A stretch of DNA of 64,000 bases, from positions 1,024,536 to 1,088,535 of the forward strand of contig MU053594.1 of the NCBI GenBank assembly GCA_013239625.1, given 5' to 3'. The notes below the pieces were generated by a model, which saw only the letters and a list, made by a program, of their open reading frames with translations, ran no database searches and was not told the DNA's origin. Each line of letters begins with the position of its first letter. Within the stretch, counting starts at the first letter, position 1. This DNA comes from Lama guanicoe. Lineage: Eukaryota. Of this stretch, positions 52,635 to 64,000 are shown piece by piece. The translations under genes and the position numbers were made by a program.

Positions 52635-52960
52635 TTCTGCAGGAAGTTTATTAGAGAGTGCTGTCAACACCTGTATAAAAAAGGAAGAAACAGATTGGAA
52701 GGAGGAAGAAGGTGAGCTGTACTGCTGGCACAAGGCGGCCTCAGTCAGCCCCAGGGAGCTATGAAACTAGTTGTAATATCCTCAAATGGAACAGTCGTCG
52801 AATTTAGGCTGCCCTGGGAACAGAACCTGACCTTGGGAGAGGCAGCTCTCTTCAGCCAAGGGCAATTTATCTAAGCTAATAGCTGAGAGCATCCCCACAT
52901 GTGAGGAAGTACATCCCCCAGTCCTGAAAGTGGCATCTGGGCAGCTTAGCACAGGATCTA
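52635..52960. mobile_element. ERVL/MaLR-type LTR remnant
   Basis: tgcaggaagtttattagagagtgc...caacacctgt...ggcctcagtcagcccca resembles old ERVL-class LTRs. Confidence 0.4.
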
Positions 52961-53012
52961 CTACTTAATTTTAGCTGTAAATCAGAGTATAATTTGGGGG
53001 AAAGTTAAATAC

Positions 53013-54640
53013 TTTTTCTTTTTTTTTATTGTGGCAAAATATATGTAACATAAAATTTACCACTTTAACCATTTTTAAGTGTACACTTCTGTGGCATTAA
53101 AGACATTCACATCATTGTGCAACCATCAGCATTATCCATTCTAGAACTTTTTCATCTTTTCCAGCTGAAACTTTGTCCCCATTAAAGAGTGAAACCTCAT
53201 TTCCATTCCTCCCCCAGCCCCTAGTAACAACCATTCTACTTTCTGTCTCTTTGAACGCGAATAGTTACATCATATGAGAACAATCATACATTTGTCCTTT
53301 CATGACTGCCTTATTTCACTTAGCATAATGTTTTCAAAGTTCACTTAAGTTGTAGCATGTGTCAAATTTTCCATTGTATGTATATACCACATTGTGTTTA
53401 TCTATTCATTATTAATGGACTCTTGGGTTACTTCCACCTTATGACTATTGTGAATAAAGATGCTATGAACATGGGTGTGTAATTATTTGTTCAAGTCTCT
53501 GCTTTCACTTCTTTTGGGTATATACCTGGAATTGGAATTGCTGGATCATAGGGTTTCATTTTTTTGGGAATTGCCACACTACTTTCCACAGCTGCTGCAA
53601 TGTTTTACATTCCCATCAGCAAAGCACATGGGTTCTGATTTCCCCATAACGTTGCTAACACTTCTTTACTTTCCATCTCTCCTTTCCTTCCTTCCTTCCT
53701 TCCTTCCTTCCTTCCTTCCTTCCTTCCTTTCTTTCTTCCTTCCTTCCTTCCTTTTTTGATAATATTTAGCCTCATGAGTGTGAAGTTGCGTCTCATTGTG
53801 CTTTTGGTCTGCATTTCCCTAATGTCTAGGAATGTTGACATCATTTCTTGTGCCCACTGGCCATTTGTGTATCTTTTTTGGAGAAATATCTTTTCAAGTC
53901 CTTTGCTCATATTTTAATTGACTTATTTGTTTTTTGCTTCTGTTGAGTCATAGTAGTTTTTTATATATTCTGGATATGAATCTCTTATCAGTTATATGAT
54001 TCACAAATATTTTCTCCCATACATGGGTTACCTTGTCACTCTGTTGATAGTGTCCCTTGATGCATAAGTTTTTAATTTTAATGAAGGTCAACTTGTCTAT
54101 GTTTCCTTTTGTTGCCTGTGCCTTTAGTATCATGTTCAAGAAATCTTTGCTGAATCTTGAAGCATTCGATCCTATGTTTTCTTCTAGTTTTATAGTTTCA
54201 GCTCTTACATTTAGGTCTTAGGTTTATTTTGAGTTAATTTTTGTACATGAGTAAGATAAGGGTGCAGTGTTACTTATTTGTTTGTTTGCTTGTCTGCTTG
54301 TAGGTATCTAGTTTTCCCAGCACTATTTGTTGAAAAGACTGTCCTTTCCATGTGAAATAGTCTTGGCATCTTGGTCAAAAATCCTTTGACCATATATGAA
54401 AGGATTTATTTCTGGACTCTCTATTCTATCCCATTGGTCTATATCATCTGTCTTTATGTGAATGTCATGCTGTTTTGATAATCATAACTTTGTAGGAAGT
54501 TTTTAAATCAGAAAATGTGAGACCAACAAATTCTTCTTCTTTTACAAAATTATTTTGGTTATTTGGGATCCCTTGAGAGTCTATAATGAATTTGAGGATA
54601 AATTTTTCAATTTTTGTGAAAAAGGTCATTGGCATTTTGG
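53013..54640 (-). mobile_element. Older L1 (ORF2 3' region plus 3'UTR), decayed, with an internal (CCTT)n at ~53682-53752
   Basis: Frameshifted ORF2-like peptides (KAQATKGNIDKLTFIKIKN; KMPMTFFTKIEKFILKFI) and a poly-T at ~53013-53030. Confidence 0.9.
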
Positions 54641-55364
54641 TGGAGGCTGAGAGGTGCTGTTTCCCAACCTGCCCGAAGTTGTGATCTGGGCTAGTGTCTG
54701 GAGCCATGCTGACATCTCGGAGACGAATATGTTTTAGATATCTTGCCCTGGAGCTATGGGAAACTGAGTCACAGTGAACCATCACAAACTGCCAACTTGG
54801 GTGGTCTATTCTTTTCAATGTCAATTCAGAGAGACGAAACGATGAAATCACAAGAATTAGGCTGTGAAATGTGCAGCCAGTTTAGAGAAGTGACAGTGTA
54901 CTAACAAAGGAAAGATAGGTTTAAATGGTTTCTTGGCTCTGAACTGAACTCAGACCTCAGAGACTCAAATCTGTCTTGTCTTTGAAGAAGAACCTCTGAA
55001 ACAGATGATTTAGCAGTCTAGAGAAAGGAGCCAGGATCTCCACATCAAGCTCTCAGAAATCAGAAAGTATGACTAAGCTAACGTGAGAGGTAGGACCACT
55101 TCCTTTCTCCGTCTTATACAGCCTCCTACACACCCCAGTGGCAAAGAAGTGAAGTGGAGTGAGCCCTCGAGTCCTGGAGCTTGATCACTCAAGTTCAAAC
55201 CCTAGCTTCTCCACCTGTAGGCTCTGGGGATTTGGGCAAATTCTTCATACCTGTAAACCTTGTTTTTCTTGCTCATAAAATGGAATTAGAGCAACATCTA
55301 TATTCAGGGGTCTTGTGAACATTAATTAAAATAACATACATAGAGGGCTTAGTGCAGGCCTGAT

Positions 55365-56420
55365 ACTCATTCAACAGGTAGGTACTGAACACCTATTACA
55401 TGCAAGGCACTGTGTTAGCAGTGGGAATAAAAAAAGTCAACAGAACACATGTGTTTACAGACTTGACAAGAAGACAAATAACTAAACAAAGAGATGAAAA
55501 CAATGATAAACTGTAATTTGAGTCATGAAAGAAATAAACAGGATTCTTTGGTAAAGAATGACAGAGGAGATCTACTTTAGATCAAGGAAGGAAGGCTTCC
55601 CTAAGGAGGTGACAGGTATGTTGCAACCTAAAGAATGAGAAATACCCAGGCTTCTTTCCAAATAGAGGAGTATTCTGGGAATGTGCAAAGATCCTGAGGT
55701 CAGAAAAACCTGTGTGGTTCTAGAAACTGAGAGAATGGCATTCTGGGATAGAAAGAGCAAGTGGAGGAGGGACAAAAGGTAAGCAGCACACGTGAGCCAC
55801 CTTGACACCTAAAGTGAGGAGCTTGCATTTTCTTCAAAGTTCAAAGAAAGCACCTAGAGGACTTTCAGCAGCAGAGTGACAGGAGTTGTTTATTGTGTTT
55901 TAATAACCACTCCGGCTGCTGGGTGGAGAACAGCTTATAGGGAGACAGGAGTGGGTATGGGGAGGCCAGTTTGAAACCCCTGCAGAAATGCAGGGAAGAG
56001 ATGATGGATGCTGGGGAGGAGGTGGCAGGAGATGGAAAGGAGCGGAGATAAAATTGGTCAAACTTGCTGATGAATGTGAGGAGAGAGCAGGCACAGAGCA
56101 TACCGGGGGGATTTGTTTGAAGAGGAGGGGAAATCAAGAGGTCAGTTTTAAACAAGTTACATCTACCTGTGAGACATCCACGTGGAGGTGTCGTGTTGGT
56201 GGTCAGACATGAGTATGGAAGTGAGAAGAAAGATCTTAATGGGAAATATAAATTTCAGAGTATTAAAGCCAAGGGAAAGGATGAGGTCACCCAGCCAAAA
56301 ATGAGGAGAGAGGAGAGACGGGGGCTCAGGCCCTGATCCTGAGAAACACTAACTTTAAGAGTTCAGGTGGAGAAAGCAGAATGAACAAGAAGACTGAGGT
56401 GAGGTGCTGGAGAGGTAATA
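55365..56420 (-). mobile_element. L2 remnant (with a MIR immediately upstream, ~55160-55360)
   Basis: cattcaacaggtaggtactgaacacctattacatgcaaggcactgtg...gagacatccacgtggaggtgtc. Confidence 0.7.
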
Positions 56421-56799
56421 GTGGGAATGGGATGAATGCCTTTGCCTTCCATTTTAAATGACTGCCATCTTGCCCTGTGGAACTCTCAGCACCCAAGGAC
56501 CTGAGAGCTCCCAGAAACTCCAAGGAGACACAGTGCCAATTCCAGTCACTGTCTCTGAAAGATAAATTCCCTGCTGAATCAGCAAGACCCATAGAGTGAG
56601 CAGGCATGTTCCAGGAAGAGAGACTGTCCCTGACCACCACCTATCCTTGGATCAGCAAGGGAGCAGTCAAGACGGAAGATTCCATTCAGTGACATTCTGA
56701 GCAGAGGATAAGTGTGAGGAATACCAGACCTCTGGTCCAAGCTACCCTTCCTTTCTTGGCCATCCCCTACTCCACCATAAATGTCACTCTATATATTTA

Positions 56800-57810
56800 T
56801 GGAAAGAATAAGATCAATAAACAAACCAAGAAATAGCTCAGACAACAAAATATCAAAGACAAAAAACAAAAAAAAACCCCAAGCCCCACCAAACAATTCA
56901 ATCAGTAAATGGGCAGAAGACTTGAATAAACATTTTTCCAAAGAAGACATACAGATGGCCAACAGGCACATGAAAAGATTCTCAACATCACTAATTATTG
57001 GAGAAATTCAAATCAAAATAATCAGGAGATATCGCTTCACACCTGTCAGAATGGCTACCATCGAAGAGTCTACAAATAACAAATGCTGGAGAGGGTGTGG
57101 AGAAAAGGGAATCCTCCTACACTGTTGGTAGAATGTAATTTGGTGAAGCCACTATGGAAAACAGTATGGAGGTTTCTCAAAAAACCAAAAATAGAGCTAC
57201 CATATGATCCAGCAATTCTACTCCTGGGTGTATATCAGAAGAAAATGAAAATATGAATTCTAAAAGATACATGTACTCCAGTGTTCATAGCAGCATTATT
57301 TACAATTGCCAGGATATGGAAGCAACCTAAGTGTCCATCAAGAGAGGAATGGATTAAAAGGACATGGTACATATACATACAAAGGAATATTGATCAGCCA
57401 TTAAAAAGAATGAAATGTTGTCATTTGCAGCAACATGGATGGACTTGGAGGGTATTGTACTGAGTGAAATAAGTCAATCAGAAACAGGCTCACAGATATG
57501 GAAAACAAACTACTGGGTATTAGAGGGGAGAGGAAAGCGGGAGGGGCAAGTTAGGGGTATGAGATTAAGAGATACTAACTACTATGTGTAAAATAAGTAA
57601 GCAACAAGACTATATCGTATAGCACAGAGAAATATTGTCATTATCTTGTAATAACTTTTAATGGAGCATAATCTATAGAAATGCAGAGTCACTATGCTGT
57701 ACACCTGGGACAAATATAATATTGTAAATCAACTATACTTCTACTAAAAAAAAAACTAAATGAAGCAAAGGAGCTAAAAGTAAATAAATAAATAAAATAA
57801 CAAACCAAGA
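56800..57810 (+). mobile_element. 5'-truncated L1 (ORF2 C-terminus, 3'UTR and A-rich tail)
   Basis: ORF 56781-57131 contains [24 protein letters not shown]...TPVRMA...[10 protein letters not shown]. Confidence 0.93.
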
Positions 57811-57919
57811 AAGAGCTTGAGGCTACTTCGTCCTGGCCCTTTGTCTGGGATCTCGTCCCAGCTCGCGGACTACAGTTCAAGCATTTTTCAGATCTCACAG
57901 GGACGCGGCCACAGCCTCA

Positions 57920-58445
57920 CAACAGGTCTTCTGCCTCCGCTCTCCCCATTGAGATCCACACTGCCCAAAAGAGTATTTATGAAAAGCTGAAAGAGTCACT
58001 TTCCCACAGAAAAGCCTTTAATGGCTCCCATCAGACGAAGTCTAAGCCCCATTGAAGTCCTTCCCAGGCTCGCCTCCCGCCCTTCCTCTGCCCCCTTGCA
58101 GACACACCATCCTGCCCGGGCTCCTGCTGGTTGCCTGGCTGACTTCTGCTCACCCTCTAAGACTTGCTTATGAGATCGTCTTTTCCCTGACCTTCCAACC
58201 TCTTGCTCCTCACGCCATCTCTCTGGGCTAGGGGCTCTTCCCAGATGCTTGCAGAATCCCTTGGGCTCACCTCCATCATTGCCATTTAATTATCTAATTA
58301 CCCGTTTCTGAGTCCATCTCCCCCATTAGCCTGTGACATCCTTTAGGACAAGGGCTTTCATTCTAATTTCTGCATCACTAGTACCTAGTTTGTTGCCTGA
58401 CATGTAACAGGTGTTCAATGCTTACTGTGGAATTAATGAATAAAT
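57920..58445 (+). mobile_element. L2 3' remnant
   Basis: ctgcatcactagtacctag...tgcctgacatgtaacaggtgttcaatg...aatgaataaatg. Confidence 0.6.
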
Positions 58446-59912
58446 GTCATCGAACATTTCTTCCTGCCCCACTTGCCTTGAATATGGTAAAAGCTACCTT
58501 CCATCATGTGGGAGTTGCTCAGAGAACAAAGTATAATGTGGACAATTATAGGTCTAATGAGCAAAGTCAATTTTTATTCTAAGATGTCTTACAGAGCGCG
58601 TTTGGCCTTAATATCTCAGGCCAGCCTCTGAAGCCAACCTTCCTTGCTTTGGCTCTTGCTCTCCTTGATTAATTGAGAAGATTCTGTTTTCTCATCAGTT
58701 CCATCCTGTATTTGTCTGTGAAACTCAGGCACTCTGGTACCAAGCCCGCCTCTGTAAGAGCTTCCCCTGATATGTCAGTTCCTCCTCCCAGCTCTGGCAT
58801 AGCAGCCCCCAGATGTCTGCAGAAGAGGCCTGCCCTGGCCCCTGGCTTCGAGGCTCATAACCCCCTCCTCTCCTTCCCTGGGGGCCTCCCCTTCCTCCTG
58901 TCGAGTGCTGGTTCCTGTCTGCCTTTGCTAATGCTGCGTAGAAGAGAACAGGATGACAGAATTCCATATTCCTGATTTTCCATCTTTCTGTTATTAGATA
59001 ATTTCAAGCTGTGATCCCCCCCTCTGATTTCTAAACAGTGAATGAGGAAGTTACTGCTCTTATTAAAAACGCTGTGCCTTGTATGCTGTGTCCCTGGGCC
59101 GTGGCACAGTCTCTGGTTTATTGGGTGGCAAAATTTTTACCCACTTTGTCCACTAAAGTCCTGAGAACACGGACAATTTCCATGTACAATTAACCATACA
59201 ACAGCAAGAGGGGAACGGTAGCAATGAACATGAGCTTCCCAGACTCTCAGCATCTTGACCTGCCTTCCTTCCGTTCCTGCCGCCATCACCTGCCACTAGT
59301 GTGCATCCCTGTTTGCTAATGTCCCCCTCAAATGTGATGCTCAGAGCAGGGCTCAATATACTGGAGGAGGTCTGGATGAGGTGGAGGTCAGTGGGGCCAG
59401 GGCCACCTCTGCTGGGATGCTGTACTTTGTCCCTCTCAGTCCAGGGCCACCTGGGCCAGCAACTGGCTGAGCTGAAGTTAAAATCCCAGCAGCACTGTGT
59501 CCTCTCCGCCTCATCCAACCTGCCTTCTTGTCTGACTGTGCCTTGGAAAGCCTGATGTAAGGAAAGGTACGGGAAAAAAAAATGTGTTGCAAAATGATGG
59601 CTAACAGATTTTTTAAATAAGTCTTTCTCTAAGTGCATCTAAGTATTTCTATGTGTTTATTTACTTATTCAAACACCTTTGGGGTTCCAGAACTTATTCA
59701 AGACCCAATCCAGTGGTAAATAAGTCACCACCTCTCTCCTCACGGGTAAAGGAAAAAAAGAAAGGCGGGAGGAATAAACATTGTTCTATCCATTCTCTGG
59801 GACAACCACTTTGCTCACATACTTTTATTTAATCCTCTCGTGACTCAGGGAGATGGTGGGAGAAGTTCTATTATCTGTTCGAGGACCTGAGCCCAGCCTG
59901 TCCAGCCCCACA

Positions 59913-60290
59913 TCAGTCAGAATAAGTTAGGTTCTGCAGCAGTAACAGCCAATCCTCAAATCTCAGCAGCTTAAAAATAACAAAGTTACGTTCTGCGAGT
60001 TAAGGAGTCTCTTCCATGTCATCCTCACCAGGGGACCACGTCTGAAGGTGATGTCATCTCCATGCTTCCATGATTAGGGAAGCAGGAGGAAAAAGAAAGA
60101 ATGGTGTGGCAAATCACATGCAAGCTCTTAAACGTTCCCCCTGAAGTGGCCACATCACTTACACTTTTCATTTCCTTGAATAAAACAAATCATATGGACA
60201 TTTTTACCTTTAGGGGGACAGAGAGGTGAAAATCTACTGTGCCTCAAAGGAGACTCAGAAATACTTAATGAACATCCTAATAACTGCCAC
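59913..60290. mobile_element. MLT1-family LTR remnant
   Basis: tcagtcagaataagttaggttctgcagcagtaacagccaatcctcaaatctcagcagcttaaa. Confidence 0.7.
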
Positions 60291-61121
60291 AAGATCCAAT
60301 GCCTAAGTTCTGTTCCACTATACTACGCTCGAAACTAGCCGGCAAGATTAACTGCTTTCAAAGGGGCTATGGGCAGGAAGCATAAATCTAGAGAGTTAGA
60401 AGCTGCTACCAATGGAAGATGAAAATCAGGAAGGAAGACAAGTTAGCCTTGAAATATACATGAACATCAGTGAGCAATGGGATCCTTTTGACACAATTCA
60501 GATACACCTACCAAATTTACAAGCACCTATAGAATACATACAAGAAATGAGGCCCTGCTATCCTGAGATCTTTTAGGATTTTAATAACTAGCACTTGGTC
60601 CAAAGTCCTTTTATATAATATCCAATTTCTGGCTAAAACGTATACTGTGACAAGATTTCTGAATCTAAGGATAAAACCTGTCACCTCTCTTTAGTCCATC
60701 TCCTTGCACTTTGGCTATGGATGAAGAGCACTGGGGACTGGAGTTGATTTCTACTTATTTCTGAAATAATATCCTAGCAATTAGCTGTAAATGTAAAAGT
60801 GATAAATATGCATAAGAAAGCCAAGCTTTGGAGAACTGCAGAACTGCCCCCACACAGGTAGAGCCAGGCCGTCAGCAAAGCTGCACAGTTATGGGAATTC
60901 TTGTAAGAGTCTAGGACTCAAGATAAAGCCTCACCCTTTCCAGGCATAAATGTTGACTCACAGGTGGTCTAAGTGAGATCATTGCCCACTACATCAGAGC
61001 ACATCCCATGTTGTTTGTCTAATAGCATCGTTCTTAGTAACTGAGGAGCTTAACTATGTAAAGTCAGATCTCAGATATCACAGAAGAGTCCTCCTTGGCT
61101 CTCCTAGGTCATCCGCATTTT

Positions 61122-61160
61122 ACACACACACACACACCCACACACACACAAACACACACA
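61122..61160. repeat. Imperfect (CA)n
   Basis: Directly visible. Confidence 0.9.
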
Positions 61161-62939
61161 TCTTTCTGCTCGTCCTCACATTAAGGAGAAAATTCTGCCT
61201 TCTGAAATTGCTTGTGAGTGTAAATCCCAAGATTGCAACATGATGCAAGTTCATAGCAACATGGTCTGCCACCTGGGGAAACGTGGTTAAACCACCTCCA
61301 TCAATGCACTTGAACTGACTGGACTGTCTTCCAGCGCTAGCTTCTGCAACATGCCCCAGAATAAAAGGGACTTGTCTGGCTTTTCACATAGTGTCACCCA
61401 TTCAGTTGCTCACCCTGGATCTAGCTTGTCTGGCTGGTGACATATGCATTTCTGAGCTACCACCCACTGTAGTCATTCAACAGGTGCTCTTAGAGGCACG
61501 TATTTTAATGTTGCTTTACACCTCCAAGAATTCAAAAGATAAGCATATTGACATAAATATACATATGTCTGTTCTCTATTCCAGACACAAACACTACAGA
61601 TCTTCCAATCTCTAATTAATTTTCTAATCTTTTAATCATCTAAAATCATCACTGTGTTTAGACCTGGGGACAGCTGCTGTTCTCCATCCGCGTGAATAAC
61701 CAGAGTAAATGCATCCACGTGCAGCATCAATGTGACATTCAATGAATGCTAATTGAGCACTTGGGTGGTGCCAGACACCGAGTTAGGTGCTGCACAGTCA
61801 GTCAACCACTGCTGAGACTCATTCAAACTTGTTTTATCCTAGGTAAAGATGTTTGTTAACTGTGTTAGTAATTTATTAAAAATTCATTAACTTCCAACAA
61901 GAAAGACACCTCCAAATCCGTCCATTCTGTTCTTATGCATAAAGTCAGACAGGATAAAGGCAATGCGCGTATGTTAAGAGCATGTTAAGGAAGAAAGCGT
62001 GTTCGTTACCTTTATTCATTCTTTGAATGGGAAACCATGTCTCTACTTTTCTTCCTAATAGCGTTCTTCTTTTCACTGTCACTTTCCTACAGGAGAATGG
62101 AACAGGACATTGCCTGGGGGACCAAGCCCAAACTCTGCTTTCTGGACGTCAAGTCCCCCCCATTCTACTACCTTAGTTTTGCACTGTTTTTGAGCATGAA
62201 TTTTCCTTTAAGGTCAAATCGTTTCCCTCTGCTTCCCCTACACGGGACCTACTAACTCAACTGAGCCGCTCACGAAACCTTTATGGAAGACATGGTTTAA
62301 CGTGCCAGGGTCTATAAGGCGTCCAGAGATGAAAAGGGGCAGTTTCTGTTTGCAGAGAGCTCGCAGTTGAGGGTGTGAGGATGGGAGACAGACCCACATT
62401 CAATCAATCACAAATTGTGCACGGTCCCCCTGGGGAATCATTGTCTGTGTGTATGGGAGAGGGGCTGTTGAGGGAGAGGTCAAGGGCAGCTTCCCAGAAG
62501 GGAGGCTGGTCTAGCTGACCACTGGACTCTTGCCAAGTGAGCAAATGGGAAAGGGTATTTTGGGCCGAGGGAACATTCTGTTCAAAGGAACGTTGGATTA
62601 GTCTGTGTTGCTCCTCACGCTGTCTATTCCTGCTTGCCTGTGCTGTGAAATTCCAATTCATCCTCATTCCTGGGCTAGCAACGTGCATTCTTAAGACCTG
62701 GAGGACACTTAGAGATGGTGCAGCCTGAGTCACTTGTTTCACAGAGATGGAATTTGAGGTATAAAGTGTTATGTTGTGAATCATGCTTTGACCCATGGTC
62801 TGCTGTCACCTGATGTGTTCAACACATATTTTTTGCACACCAACTGTCTAACAGGCACTATGAGGTACCCAGAGACAAGGTGAACTTGGGTTTCCCCTAA
62901 CCTCACCACAAGAATTTATTTTTCATTAGAAATATATGG

Positions 62940-63170
62940 CCTGGAAGTTAAGAACACTTTGGTGTCTGGCAGATCAGAGTTTGAAGCCTGATGCTGTGAC
63001 ATTCCTGCTTGTGCGCTTGCATTTGTTACTCATTCTCACTGAAACGAAGTTTCTTCTTATAAGAATGAAGGTAACTTTAGAACCTTCATCACAGGTTTGT
63101 TATGAGAATTCAGCCCAATAACATTTGCAGAGCAGTAAGCACTTAAGAAATCTCAGTGATTAGCAATAGA
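62940..63170 (+). mobile_element. MIR SINE
   Basis: ttaagaacactttggtgtctggcagatcagagtttgaagcc...cacaggtttgttatgagaatt. Confidence 0.7.
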
Positions 63171-64000
63171 GTCTTAAGACAATGTTGGAAAAGAAGTGAT
63201 GGTACAGGTAGGTACTCCATTTAAGAAGAGCTGTAGGATTAGTTAATTAGAGTTTCAATTCCAAGGTCTTTACCTGATAAAAATTAGAATATAGTTCCAT
63301 GAGAATCTGAATTCCTCAAAGCTTTGTGTCAGGCCAAATTAGAATGGAGATTTCTCCCTGCTAAGTAAGGTCCAGTAACCTGTAGCAATACAATGAATCC
63401 TAATTATTCCATTAGCATCATGCCATCTTTAAAACTGGTGGGTCTGAACAGCATCTTGAAAATCAGCTGTTCTGTAAGAAAAGAGCTGCTTCCTGGTTTT
63501 TTGGGTCACGCCCCTTTAACTATAAACACTCTGCTTCGTGTCATCCGGGCTCCACAGGGAATTGGGAGACCATCTCCTGCCATCTGAAACATTGTCAGGA
63601 AAAAGAGAGTGTCACTCTGGAAGGAAGAACAAGAATTAAAGAGGGAAGACACAAAGAGATAGACTGATTCCACATAAAATGAAATTTCTGATGAGAGAAA
63701 GACCTTCATAAATGCACTGGATTGCCTTCCAAGTAGTGGGGGTGGTCTCCTGGCTGCAGGGGTTCCAGAAGATATAAGGTCAGTCATCATCATTCTGGAA
63801 GAGAGACCCTTGAAGTGGCTGGGAGTAGAAACAGCAGTGCTTACGTCTCTACCAGTAATAAGTTTCTATGATTCTACTAAGGCATTCAAGCAAATTTTGA
63901 TCGATCATCTAGGATGCGCTGTCTCCATTTAAAACGCCAGATCGACAGCAGTAAGTGAAACAATGTCCCTAACCTCACGATGGTACATTCTAGGGAGTTT

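Noticed and set aside
52139..52764. 163-175 aa ORFs in three frames
   Set aside because: Translations of a polypyrimidine tract.
63380..63800. Minus-strand exon candidates (ttccag|AATGATG, tttcag|ATGGCAG)
   Set aside because: Weak donors and no recognisable peptide; cannot be supported.

Overview
Mammalian genomic DNA, very probably camelid (alpaca, llama or camel), judged from three copies of the tRNA-derived Vic-1-type SINE and from laurasiatherian-type L1 3' ends. No complete protein-coding gene lies in the window. A ~2.4 kb CpG island (~45.8-48.2 kb) looks like a bidirectional promoter. To its left is what appears to be the 5' part of a large minus-strand gene that I cannot name: long introns with several candidate first, 5'UTR and micro exons, inferred from splice signals only. 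To its right are signals for a possible divergent plus-strand lncRNA. The rest is L1, HAL1/L1ME, L2, MIR, MLT1 and MER5A remnants plus microsatellites. Best leads: (1) an ancient L2 reverse-transcriptase fragment still in one open frame across two deletions; (2) a splice-assembled 58-aa Cys-rich uORF and further uORFs created by exon joining; (3) a 21-nt microexon with tandem donors; (4) clear retrotransposition footprints (twin-primed L1, one target hit twice, templated junction). All exon and uORF calls are untested predictions, and repeat family names come from recalled consensus features rather than a search.
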